Source: Elusimicrobiota bacterium
Lineage (GTDB): Bacteria; Elusimicrobiota; Elusimicrobia; Elusimicrobiales; UBA9959
Length of the DNA stretch: 64,000 nt
Direction of reading: 5' to 3'
NCBI GenBank assembly: GCA_030651035.1
Contig: JAUSCK010000277.1
Location: 7,711-71,710 of the forward strand
Below are positions 49,888 through 58,119 of the stretch, one piece after another. The translations under genes were made by a program, and so were the position numbers. The stretch's first letter is position 1; the number at the start of each line of letters is the position of its first letter. A model generated the notes under the pieces. That model had not been told where the DNA came from, searched no databases, and worked only from the letters and a program-made list of their open reading frames with translations.

Positions 49888-51188
49888 ACCAGATCTGCTA
49901 TGGCCACGCGGCTGGTATGCTCGGTGCGGCCCCAGAAATCGGTGCCGCGCAGCACGCCCGCCACAAAAACCGGCAGCCGCAGTATCCCCAGCAGCGGCTG
50001 CAGGAAATAGGCGGCAGCCAGGCCGGGGCTGGCGCGCTCGATAACCAGCGCTGCCGCCGGGTAAAGCAGCAGCGGCACCAGGGAAAGAGCCTTCATGGTG
50101 TGTTCCATGCCCGGCAGGGCCCCGTAAAGCCAGACCACAAGGTTGAAAGAGTCCCGGCTGAACCAGACCAGCGCGGCGCCCAGCGAAACTATAGCGAAGC
50201 GGTAGGTCTGGGCGGAATAAAGGGCGCCCTCGAAAGCCCTGAGATCCCCCCGGCGCAGCGCGCGGGCGGCGAGGCCGGGCAGGTGGCGGCGGGCCGTGTC
50301 GAGCGAGCCGCGCGTCCAGCGTATGGTGCGGCACAGGTACTGCCGCAGGGTCTCCGGCTCCTCGTCGTAAACCACGGCGTCCTGGGCCCAATGAATGCGC
50401 ACGCCGTGGCGTATCAGGCGCATCTGCATCTCCAGGTCCTCGGTCAGGCAGGTTTCATCCCAGTGGAATTTGCCGGCGATCGCGGCGGTAAAACACATCC
50501 CCTTGCCGTGAAGCGTGGCGGAAAGGCCCAGCGCGGCCTTGGGCAGCTGGAAAAACCTGTTGGAAACGATATGCCCGGCCGCCAGTATTTTAGCCAGCAG
50601 GCACCCGGTATTTTTGGCCAGCTGCCTGCCCTGCAGGGCCTCGGCCCCGGCTGCAAGGTGCGCGTTCATGGCTTCAAGGAAACCGGGGTGTGCCAGCGAG
50701 TCGGCGTCAAAATAGCAAAGCGCGTCGAAGATCCCGGCGGCCAGTATTTTTTCAGTGGCCCATTTAAGAGCGCGGCCTTTGCCGGCCTTTAAGCCCGGCC
50801 CCGCATGCTCCAGCACCCTGGCGCCGGCGGCCGCGGCCGCCCGCGCTGTGCCGTCCGTGCAGTGGTCGGCCGCCACAAAGATCTCAAAAAGCTCCCGGGG
50901 GTATTTCAGGCCGGCCAGGCTTTCCACCGCCAGGCCGACTACGCCCTCCTCGTTGTGCGCCGGCAGCAGCAGCGCGAAGCGGCGCCGCAGCTGGGCGCGC
51001 GCGGGTTTCTTCAGCTGCCAGAAGCCGCGGAAGCTCAATAAAAGGTATAAAAGGCCGGTGACAAAAAGGAACACCTGCGCCAGGTTGGAAAACGTTATTA
51101 AGATAAATTTCCACATAGTAACACGGCCGGCGCAAAAAAGCCGGCTATGGATATCGATAATAATACAAAATGGACGGGGTGAAGGCAA
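49881..51188 (-). CDS. Membrane-embedded family 2 glycosyltransferase
   Basis: FALLLPAHNEEGVV...FVAADHCTDGT...YFDADSL (DxD-type), QxxRW-like RTIRWTRGS, with TM segments at both ends. The start is uncertain (51188 or ATG 51116). Confidence 0.8.
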   Translation of the reverse strand: MPSPRPFCIIIDIHSRLFCAGRVTMWKFILITFSNLAQVFLFVTGLLYLLLSFRGFWQLKKPARAQLRRRFALLLPAHNEEGVVGLAVESLAGLKYPRELFEIFVAADHCTDGTARAAAAAGARVLEHAGPGLKAGKGRALKWATEKILAAGIFDALCYFDADSLAHPGFLEAMNAHLAAGAEALQGRQLAKNTGCLLAKILAAGHIVSNRFFQLPKAALGLSATLHGKGMCFTAAIAGKFHWDETCLTEDLEMQMRLIRHGVRIHWAQDAVVYDEEPETLRQYLCRTIRWTRGSLDTARRHLPGLAARALRRGDLRAFEGALYSAQTYRFAIVSLGAALVWFSRDSFNLVVWLYGALPGMEHTMKALSLVPLLLYPAAALVIERASPGLAAAYFLQPLLGILRLPVFVAGVLRGTDFWGRTEHTSRVAIADLVE

Positions 51189-51196
51189 TCTCCCTG

Positions 51197-51225
51197 TTGA
51201 CTAATCAATTTTTCGGTGTTATATT
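51197..51225 (+). promoter_or_regulatory. Sigma70-like promoter giving a probable leaderless mRNA
   Basis: TTGACT-N17-TATATT. The -10 ends 6 nt before ATG 51232 and there is no SD. Confidence 0.55.
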
Positions 51226-51231
51226 ATAGTT

Positions 51232-52119
51232 ATGGAAGAAGAACAGAAGAAGTCCGGCTGGAAGATCTGGGTCTACCTCACCCCGGTATATATAGTGCTG
51301 GCCATGCTGCTTGTCAGGTGGACCGCGAAGATAAACTCCAGCGACATCAACCTTACAAAGGAAGGCTATAACGCCTTCAACGCCCCCGACGGTGAAATAA
51401 AAAAACGCCGGGACGACGGCTACGACCCGAATCTCAGCGACAGCGGCTACAACGTGCGCTACCGCTCCGGCGGGGCCGAAGCCGGCAAGCTGCGGGGGGA
51501 CGGGCCAACCCGGCAGGCCTTAGAGCAGGCTGAAAAAGCCGCCGCCGCGCGCCGGGCGCAGGACCAAAAAACCGAGGAAGCCGGCCAGGCGCGCGGGGGC
51601 AAAACCGCCAACCAGAACGCGCTGGAATCCAACGACACCAAGGCCAAGGAGCAGATGACCGCGGGATACAAGAAAGGCTACCTGAGCTACGCCGTGGAAA
51701 AGGTCATGAATAATCCCAAGGCCGTGGGCGCGCTTATGAACAACAAGTATGTGGTCGAAGGCTTTATGTCCAGGGGCACGGTAAAATCCGCCACGGGCAG
51801 CGCGCAGGGCCTGGCCAACTATCTCAAAAGCGACGGGCCGTCCAACTTCATGAACAACCCCGTGGTTAAAGCCGCCCTGAATAACCCCGCGCTGGTGAGC
51901 GCCGTGGCCGGGAGCGGCATGGTAAGCGCCATGCTGAACACGCCGGCGGCGAAGGCGCTTATGAACGACCCCGCCGCCCTGAGCGATTTGATCAACAACA
52001 ACCCGCAGCTGATGGCCCTGGCAATGCAGAACCCGCAAACCCTTAGCACGCTGATGGCCAATCCCGAGGTCTCCGGCCTGGTGGGCAAGTTCGACACCAG
52101 CAAAATCAAAAAATATTAA
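51232..52119 (+). CDS. Membrane-anchored protein with C-terminal NPxx-hydrophobic repeats (STI1/ubiquilin-like pattern)
   Basis: N-terminal TM (WKIWVYLTPVYIVLAMLLV), then NNPVVKAALNNPALVSAV...LNTPAAKALMNDPAALSDLINNNPQLMALAMQNPQTLSTLMANPEVSGLV. Confidence 0.5.
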   Translation: MEEEQKKSGWKIWVYLTPVYIVLAMLLVRWTAKINSSDINLTKEGYNAFNAPDGEIKKRRDDGYDPNLSDSGYNVRYRSGGAEAGKLRGDGPTRQALEQAEKAAAARRAQDQKTEEAGQARGGKTANQNALESNDTKAKEQMTAGYKKGYLSYAVEKVMNNPKAVGALMNNKYVVEGFMSRGTVKSATGSAQGLANYLKSDGPSNFMNNPVVKAALNNPALVSAVAGSGMVSAMLNTPAAKALMNDPAALSDLINNNPQLMALAMQNPQTLSTLMANPEVSGLVGKFDTSKIKKY

Positions 52120-52140
52120 AAGAAAAACTTCTTCCGATAT

Positions 52141-52270
52141 TCACCGCAGAGGCGCAGAGGTCGCAGAGTTCGGAGGGGAAAATATTAGTTTATGTTTCTT
52201 CTCACTGCGGTGTCGCTTCGCTCCACTCTGTGTACTCTGCTCTCTGCGACCTCTGCGCCTCTGCGGTGAA
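52141..52270 (+). repeat. TIR hairpin element, copy 2 (130 bp)
   Basis: TCACCGCAGAGGCGCAGAGGTCGCAGAG ... CTCTGCGACCTCTGCGCCTCTGCGGTGAA. The internal sequence is about 90% identical by eye to copy 4. Confidence 0.9.
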
Positions 52271-52312
52271 ATTAATCATTTCCCGCTGCCCCCCCCTCTG
52301 AATAATTAGTTA

Positions 52313-52342
52313 TTGACAGTCGTCAACTAAAAGTCCTATATT
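52313..52342 (+). promoter_or_regulatory. Sigma70-like promoter for the S8 protease gene
   Basis: TTGACA-N18-TATATT. GGAGGA lies at 52375-52380, 3 nt before ATG 52384. Confidence 0.6.
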
Positions 52343-52383
52343 GAGCATAGGTACTTTGGCCCCTGTTTATTCTTGGAGGAAAA

Positions 52384-53592
52384 ATGAAAAAAATATCAAC
52401 CTTAATAGCCGGTGTAATACTTGCCGCGGCCGTCAGCGCGCAGGCTTCGCAGAAGATAGTGAGCTTCGAGCACGCCTATAAAGGCGCCATAGACAAAAGC
52501 GTCGAGAGCCTAGGAGGGACGGTCACCCGTAAATTCACCCTGATAGACTCCCTTGTCGCGGTTTTCCCCGACAACATTAAAGACTCCAGCATCTACGCCC
52601 TGAAGGGCGTGACCGACGTGGCGGAAGACAGTTATACACGCTGGATCGAAGCCGCCCCGGCCTCAATGACTTCAGTGCCCCTCCCTTCCGTGGAAAGCGC
52701 CCTGGACATGATACGCACCGGCGAGGGCTGGGAAGCCCCCGTGTTCACAGCGATCCGGCCCGCGGCCGACCCCGCCGAGAAAGAGATCCCCTGGGGCGTG
52801 AAGCGCGTCAACGCGGCCGGCGCCTGGAGCACGAACTCCGGCAAGGGCGTTAAAGTGGCCGTCGTGGACACCGGCGTAGATTTCAACCACCCCGACCTTG
52901 CTTCCAACTATAAAGGCGGCTATAACGCCATCATCTCCACCGCCCCTCCGCTGGACGACCACGGGCACGGCTCGCACGTCTCCGGGACCATAGCGGCCAT
53001 CAGGGACCTCAAGGGCGTGGTCGGCGTTGCGCCGTCCGTGGACCTCTACGGAGTTAAAGTCCTGGACAAGAACGGCTCCGGCCAGTACTCCTGGGTGGTG
53101 GCCGGCATAGAGTGGGCCGTCATGAACGGGATGAATGTAATAAATATGAGCCTCGGCGGCAGCAGCGGCACCGAAGCCCTCAGGCAGATCATGATAAAGT
53201 CCAAAGAAATGGGCGTGGCCGTAGTCTGTGCCGCCGGCAACAGCGGCGGTTCCGTCGGTTACCCCGCCAAGTACCCGGAAGCTATCGCCGTTTCCGCCTC
53301 CGACTCCGCGGACAAGATCGCCTCTTTCTCCTCGCGCGGCCCTGAAATAGCCGTGATAGCTCCCGGCGTTAACGTGTACTCCGTGCGCAAGGGCGGCGGC
53401 TACACCACCATGTCCGGGACCTCCATGGCCTGCCCCCACGTGGCCGGCCTGGCGGCGCTCGCGGTAGGCGCGGGAGCCCAGGGTTCCGACGCGGTAAGGG
53501 CGGCCCTTAAAGCCGCGGCCACCCCGCTTCCCGGCCTTACGCCGGTACAGCAGGGCGCGGGCCTCGTGGACGCGGCCAAGTTCGCGCATTAA
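52384..53592 (+). CDS. Secreted subtilisin-family (S8) serine protease with propeptide
   Basis: Signal peptide, then the catalytic triad motifs VAVVDTGVD, HGHGSHVSGTIAA and GTSMACPHVAGLAAL, with oxyanion Asn in NMSLGG. Confidence 0.9.
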   Translation: MKKISTLIAGVILAAAVSAQASQKIVSFEHAYKGAIDKSVESLGGTVTRKFTLIDSLVAVFPDNIKDSSIYALKGVTDVAEDSYTRWIEAAPASMTSVPLPSVESALDMIRTGEGWEAPVFTAIRPAADPAEKEIPWGVKRVNAAGAWSTNSGKGVKVAVVDTGVDFNHPDLASNYKGGYNAIISTAPPLDDHGHGSHVSGTIAAIRDLKGVVGVAPSVDLYGVKVLDKNGSGQYSWVVAGIEWAVMNGMNVINMSLGGSSGTEALRQIMIKSKEMGVAVVCAAGNSGGSVGYPAKYPEAIAVSASDSADKIASFSSRGPEIAVIAPGVNVYSVRKGGGYTTMSGTSMACPHVAGLAALAVGAGAQGSDAVRAALKAAATPLPGLTPVQQGAGLVDAAKFAH

Positions 53593-53710
53593 CGAATAGC
53601 GCGAATAAAAAGCGAATAAAACGAATAAAAAACCCCGCGGAAGATTTCCGCGGGGTTTTTTTTAGTGCATTCGTGTCATTCGTCCTAAACTTATTCGCGC
53701 CATTCGCTAT
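53592..53710. repeat. CGAATA / TATTCG inverted word arrays flanking a terminator
   Basis: acgaatagcgcgaataaaaagcgaataaaacgaataaaaaa [hairpin] gcattcgtgtcattcgtcctaaacttattcgcgccattcgctat. Confidence 0.8.
53633..53663. terminator. Bidirectional rho-independent terminator
   Basis: CCCCGCGG-aagattt-CCGCGGGG is followed by T8 and preceded by an A-run, between convergent genes. Confidence 0.8.
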
Positions 53711-54408
53711 CACCAGCCAGTCCCCTCCCCCGTCATCTGCTCCAGGCGCTGCCCGACTATCTTGTCCTTGTTGAGCTTGCGGCTTTCAAGATTTTTCCTG
53801 AGCTTGGCCATTTCCTTCTCCATGAACTTCACGCGCAGTTCCTGGCCCTTGGTCTTCAGGTCGAAAAGCTCGGCAAGTATGCCCCTGAGGCTGTCCTTTA
53901 TCGCCTTCTTGTCGGCGTCGGGAGCCTTGTCGTATTTGAGCGAAAGCTCCTTGCTCTCGAACTCCAGCGACATCCCGCGGACGGCGTCTTTTTCCAGGCT
54001 CTCGTCCTGCTCCATCTTGGCCATCCCCAGCATTTTGCCGGACATCATCAGCACCATCTTATATTTGCGCGGGGCTGACTCGCGCAGGTTCCCCAGCTTT
54101 TTCGCGAAGGCGGGGTCGTGCTTGGTTACCACGGCCATTATCTCGTCTTCCATAAAGCCGGGCCCGCCCTTCTCTTTTCCCTCGCGTCCCTCGCGGAATT
54201 TTTTGATCTTGATCTGCATCTTCTCCTGGCCCATGCCGGGTCTCTCGGACCTGTCGGGTCTCTCGGGCCGCATTTCAGGCCTCCCCGGGCCGCCCTCCAT
54301 CATTTCAATTTCCTCTTCTTCGCCGGGTCCCTCCTGCGCCATCAGGTTGATAGCCGGGCCTGAAACTAGCGCTATCACCGCCGCCCACATAACAATTTTC
54401 TTATTCAT
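53710..54408 (-). CDS. Secreted coiled-coil protein of the ECF sigma operon
   Basis: MNKKIVMWAAVIALVSGPAINLMAQE signal peptide, a Glu/Pro/Arg-rich linker and a helical Lys/Glu-rich body. GGGAGA sits upstream of ATG 54408. Confidence 0.5.
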   Translation of the reverse strand: MNKKIVMWAAVIALVSGPAINLMAQEGPGEEEEIEMMEGGPGRPEMRPERPDRSERPGMGQEKMQIKIKKFREGREGKEKGGPGFMEDEIMAVVTKHDPAFAKKLGNLRESAPRKYKMVLMMSGKMLGMAKMEQDESLEKDAVRGMSLEFESKELSLKYDKAPDADKKAIKDSLRGILAELFDLKTKGQELRVKFMEKEMAKLRKNLESRKLNKDKIVGQRLEQMTGEGTGW

Positions 54409-54437
54409 ATATTCTCCCATCCTTTATATTAATTCCG

Positions 54438-54460
54438 CCCTTTATCCTTCAGCCTTCATG
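54438..54460 (-). repeat. RARGGAT word array overlapping the anti-sigma stop
   Basis: The minus strand reads ATGAAGGCTGAAGGATAAAGGGCGGAA, a 23/27 match to the element upstream of the PilX-like gene. Confidence 0.8.
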
Positions 54461-54930
54461 TTTTTCTCTGCCAGACTCTCGTCTTCCAGCGCGCTGCACT
54501 TATATTCCCAGTCGCTGGAGACAGAAGCCATATCGAACTTCGCCTGGTACATTGAATATTCCACCGAGTCCAAACCGGAGTCGAGCCCGCTGTTCCAGGC
54601 CAGGTCGGCCGGGACGCCGCTGCCGGAGAAGATGAAGCCCGCGACCAGAAGAGAGGCCAGGGCGCCGGACAGGAGGGTCTCTCCCCAGTTAAAAGAGAAA
54701 ACGCTCCCGCGCGAAACAGCCGCGCGGGCGGCCAGCATCACGGCTTCAACGGTGGCCGCCGACGGCCCGGGAGCGCGCCCGGACAGCCGCCCCTCCGCGG
54801 CCTTGAGCGCGGCCAGCTCACCGCGGCACGCGGCGCAGCCGGCCAGGTGTTCTTTCACCCCGGCCCGCATATCTTCCGCGGCTTCGCCGTAGAAGTAAAG
54901 TATCAGTTTTTCGCCGTACCCGCAGTTCAT
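54442..54930 (-). CDS. Anti-sigma factor (zf-HC2 type)
   Basis: MNCGYGEKLILYFYGEAAEDMRAGVKEHLAGCAACRGEL (H-x3-C-x2-C) and one TM segment, downstream of the ECF sigma gene. ATG 54930 is preferred over the track start at 54984. Confidence 0.7.
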   Translation of the reverse strand: MNCGYGEKLILYFYGEAAEDMRAGVKEHLAGCAACRGELAALKAAEGRLSGRAPGPSAATVEAVMLAARAAVSRGSVFSFNWGETLLSGALASLLVAGFIFSGSGVPADLAWNSGLDSGLDSVEYSMYQAKFDMASVSSDWEYKCSALEDESLAEKNMKAEG

Positions 54931-55003
54931 AAATGTCTCCTGTAAATACAACGCGCGCCCCCCCGCTTTTATTGCAACGCACAACCACCTAGTTTACTGC
55001 ATA

Positions 55004-55128
55004 TCACCGCAGAGGCGCAGAGTACGCGGAGGAAGAGCGCAGAGAAGAATATTGTTTTATATCCCTGCTCTTGACCGATGACTTGTGCTTCGCACCCCAC
55101 TCTGCGACCTCCGCGCCTCTGTGGTGAA
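55004..55128 (+). repeat. TIR hairpin element, copy 3 (diverged)
   Basis: TCACCGCAGAGGCGCAGAGTACGCGGAGG ... CTCTGCGACCTCCGCGCCTCTGTGGTGAA, lying between the sigma and anti-sigma genes. Confidence 0.8.
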
Positions 55129-55141
55129 ATAAGTATTGCAG

Positions 55142-55705
55142 TCATTCCTCCAGCTCTTTGCGGAGCAGGGCGGCGGCGCGGCTCATGCGGGCCAGCACCG
55201 TGCCTATGGGGACCGAAAGCATTTCGGCAATTTCCTTAAATGACAGCCCGGAATAATGGCGAAGGTAGAAGACCTCCCGCTGGTCCGCGGAAAGCAGGGC
55301 CAGCGCGGCGTCCAGTTTTTCAGCCAGCGCCTTGTTGACGGCGGCCTCCTCCGGGCCGGGCTCCGGCGAAGCCGCGCGATCCGCCGGCCCCGGCCTCTCC
55401 CCGTCCCCCTCGAGCGGAACCTCGCCCCTGGAGCTCTGACGCCTGAAATGGTCCATGGCGGCGTTGCGGGCCACGGTAAAAAGCCAGGCCTTCAGCTTTT
55501 CCCGCTCGCCGTAGGCGGACGGATTTTTCACCAGCTTAAGGAAGACCTCCTGGAACAGGTCGTCAGCCGCATCGGGCTGGCCCGTAAGGCTCAGCAGGTA
55601 GCCGTAGACGGCCGCCTTGTGCCGCTCCATCAGCAGCCCAAGCGCCTCGGCGTCCCCGCCCTTAAAGGCCGAGATAAGCTCGGAGTCTGAAAGTTCTTCT
55701 GACAT
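55142..55705 (-). CDS. ECF-type sigma-70 family RNA polymerase sigma factor
   Basis: Region 2 (DDLFQEVFLKLVKN...WLFTVARNAAMDHFRR) and region 4 HTH (SFKEIAEMLSVPIGTVLARMSRA). Confidence 0.9.
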   Translation of the reverse strand: MSEELSDSELISAFKGGDAEALGLLMERHKAAVYGYLLSLTGQPDAADDLFQEVFLKLVKNPSAYGEREKLKAWLFTVARNAAMDHFRRQSSRGEVPLEGDGERPGPADRAASPEPGPEEAAVNKALAEKLDAALALLSADQREVFYLRHYSGLSFKEIAEMLSVPIGTVLARMSRAAALLRKELEE

Positions 55706-55731
55706 TAATTATTACAACAAACAACCGATAT

Positions 55732-55861
55732 TCACCGCTGAGGCGCAGAGGTCGCGGAGTTCGGAGGAGAAAATATTAATTTATGTTTCTTCTCACTGCT
55801 GTGTCGCTTCGCTCCGCTCTGCGTACGCTGTTCTCTGCGACCTCTGCGCCTCAGCGGTGAA
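55732..55861 (+). repeat. TIR hairpin element, copy 4 (130 bp)
   Basis: TCACCGCTGAGGCGCAGAGGTCGCGGAG ... CTCTGCGACCTCTGCGCCTCAGCGGTGAA. It carries compensatory A/T changes in both arms (GCTGAGG / CCTCAGC). Confidence 0.9.
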
Positions 55862-55911
55862 CTCTTTCCTAAATCTGATCCTATATCTTCTTCTCTCTTC
55901 TCTTCTCATCT

Positions 55912-55933
55912 CTCTCTGTGTCTCTGTGGTGAA
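55912..55933 (+). repeat. Solo degenerate right arm of the TIR family
   Basis: CTCTCTGTGTCTCTGTGGTGAA. Confidence 0.6.
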
Positions 55934-55957
55934 AAATATAAGTAAATTCTTGTTCGC

Positions 55958-58060
55958 ATGTTTCCAATAATTTCATACGATATAAAAGCCGTGCGAAGAT
56001 TTAATCTTATTCTATTATTCATCCTCATGCAATCCGGCGCCGGTTATTGCGCCGCTCCGGCCTATGAACTTTACCTGAAAGGAGAGCTGCTGCAGGCCTC
56101 CTCCGCCTACCTGGCCCTGGCCGACGCCGACCCGGAAAACCCGCGCCCCATGATGAACGCGGCCGCCTGCCTTAAGCAGGCCGGCCGCTACTACGACGCC
56201 GCCCGCATCATGGTAAAGGCGCTTGAGCGCGACCCGCAGAACCCGGATATTTATTCCGAGCTGGGCTGGCTGCGCTTCCACCAGGCTGATTATGAAGGCG
56301 CCCGCTCCGCCTTCGAGATAGCCCTGAAGATACAGATCCTGCACTCCCGCGCGGAGCTGGGCCTGGCCAGCGTCTACTCGAACCTGGACGAAAAGGAAAA
56401 GACCCTGGCCCACCTTGAGAAATACCGGCAGCTGCGCCCGGACTTCTCCGGGGTGGATTATATACTGGCCTGGAACTACATGAATTTCAAGATGCACAAG
56501 GAGGCGGAGGAAGCGCTGGTAGAGGCCCTGCGCAAGGACCCCTCCTTCACCGAGGCCCGCCTGCCGCTGGCCGGGATCTACGCCCGGCAGGGCAAGTTCA
56601 ACGAGGCCTGGAACCAGTACTACCGCGTGCTGGACTACGCCCCGGGCCACCCGGTGGCGTCCAAGATGATGAAGGTGCTTGAGGGGAAGCTGACCAAGCA
56701 GCCGGAGGAAATACGCCCGCCGTTCAGGATTACGAAGCCGCTGGTGATGGAGCCGCTGGACGCGCTGGCCAGCCTTTCGTCGTCCGTAAAGATCCGCGTG
56801 GGGATAGGCACCGGCAACACCGGCAAGCAGGGCAGGAACAACCTGCTCAGGATCAAATCCTTCGAGGGCCTGACCGTGACCGGCAAGGCCAGCGGCAAGG
56901 TTTACGCCACTATCCCCCCGGACGAGACCTGGACCGTAACGCATGAGGGCGACAAGGTGGCGCTGACCGCCCCCGACGGCACCGTCTTCGGGCGCTTCGC
57001 GGGCGCGGTGCTGGTGAAACCGGTGAAAACAGGCGGATCAGTGATCTTTGACGCCACTTCAAAAACAAAAAACCCATGGTTCAGCGGGGCTGACCGGCAA
57101 TACCGCGGCTATATTGAGCTTTTCCCTAACGGCGGGCGCGGCGTAGGCGTGGTGAACGTCATCGAGAACGAGCTTTACCTGCTGGGCGTGGTGCCCAGCG
57201 AGGTGGCGCCGCAGTGGCCCTATGAATCGCTGAAAGCGCAGGCCGTGATAGCCCGCACGCAGGTGCTGATACGCCGCGCGCGCGGCGGCCAGCACAAGAA
57301 GGACGGCTACCATCTCTGCGACGGGCAGCACTGCCAGGCCTACAAGGGCAAGTCCAACGAGGCCAACACCACCACCAACGCGGTGGTGGAGACCGAGGGC
57401 GAGATTCTGACCTACCACGGCCGCCCGGCCTACACCTTCTACCACTCGAACTGCGGCGGCTGGGTACAGGCCTCGAAAGAGGTCACCGGCTGGGGCGATT
57501 CCCCCTATCTGGTGACCAAGCCGGACATAGCCCCGGACAAGCGGCAGGAGCCGCTGGACCCGTGGGACTGGCACCTGTGGATAACAGGCAACCCGCAATC
57601 CAACTGCAATTACCCGGGCCGCGTACGCGCCTCCGAATACCGCTGGATGAAAATAATCCGCCAGAAAGACATGACCTTCCGCATCAACATGGATTACAAG
57701 ATAGGAGAGCTGGTGGAAATAATACCGCTCAGGCGCAGCCCCTCCGGCAACGTCAACACCCTGAAGCTGGTGGGCAGGAAAAAATCCGTTACGGTCACCA
57801 AGGAGCACCTGATACGCAATCTGCTGGGCTTCAGCTCGCTGAAAAGCACGCTGTTCGAGATAGAGATAAACCGCTTCAAGAACGGCAAGGTGCGCAATTA
57901 CTGGCTCTACGGCGGCGGCTGGGGCCACGCCATAGGCATGTGCCAGAGCGGCGCCGCCGGCCTGGCTGGCAAATACGACATGCCTTACAAGGGCATCTTG
58001 GATTTCTACTTCCCCGGCACCAGCCTGCGGACGATCAAATACGTGAAAAAGGTAAAATAG
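55958..58060 (+). CDS. TPR-repeat / SpoIID-LytB domain protein
   Basis: N-terminal signal-like segment, TPR units (aa 40-230), then the SpoIID pattern YRGYIELF...LYLLGVVPSEV...ESLKAQAVIARTQVL...LCDGQHCQAY...FYHSNCGGW. Confidence 0.85.
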   Translation: MFPIISYDIKAVRRFNLILLFILMQSGAGYCAAPAYELYLKGELLQASSAYLALADADPENPRPMMNAAACLKQAGRYYDAARIMVKALERDPQNPDIYSELGWLRFHQADYEGARSAFEIALKIQILHSRAELGLASVYSNLDEKEKTLAHLEKYRQLRPDFSGVDYILAWNYMNFKMHKEAEEALVEALRKDPSFTEARLPLAGIYARQGKFNEAWNQYYRVLDYAPGHPVASKMMKVLEGKLTKQPEEIRPPFRITKPLVMEPLDALASLSSSVKIRVGIGTGNTGKQGRNNLLRIKSFEGLTVTGKASGKVYATIPPDETWTVTHEGDKVALTAPDGTVFGRFAGAVLVKPVKTGGSVIFDATSKTKNPWFSGADRQYRGYIELFPNGGRGVGVVNVIENELYLLGVVPSEVAPQWPYESLKAQAVIARTQVLIRRARGGQHKKDGYHLCDGQHCQAYKGKSNEANTTTNAVVETEGEILTYHGRPAYTFYHSNCGGWVQASKEVTGWGDSPYLVTKPDIAPDKRQEPLDPWDWHLWITGNPQSNCNYPGRVRASEYRWMKIIRQKDMTFRINMDYKIGELVEIIPLRRSPSGNVNTLKLVGRKKSVTVTKEHLIRNLLGFSSLKSTLFEIEINRFKNGKVRNYWLYGGGWGHAIGMCQSGAAGLAGKYDMPYKGILDFYFPGTSLRTIKYVKKVK

Positions 58061-58080
58061 CGGCGGCTGGGAATAAAAAA

Positions 58081-58102
58081 GCCCCGGCAGCGGGGCTTTT
58101 TT
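58081..58102. terminator. Bidirectional rho-independent terminator
   Basis: GCCCCG-gcag-CGGGGC followed by T6 and preceded by A6, between convergent genes. Confidence 0.75.
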
Positions 58103-58119
58103 ATTTTACAGCGGCGTTC

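Noticed and set aside
53762-54892. 376-aa plus-strand ORF antisense to the anti-sigma and periplasmic protein genes; likewise 48988-49785 antisense to the 49042-49770 gene, and 1815-2828 antisense to the PorV-like gene.
   Set aside because: They have Ser/Leu/Pro- or Arg/Gly-rich composition with no motifs. The minus-strand genes have signal peptides, SD sequences and recognisable domains.
52141-55933. Possible CRISPR array, because a repeat of about 28 nt recurs.
   Set aside because: The repeats occur as inverted pairs rather than direct repeats. Their spacing is irregular and interrupted by genes, and no cas genes are present.
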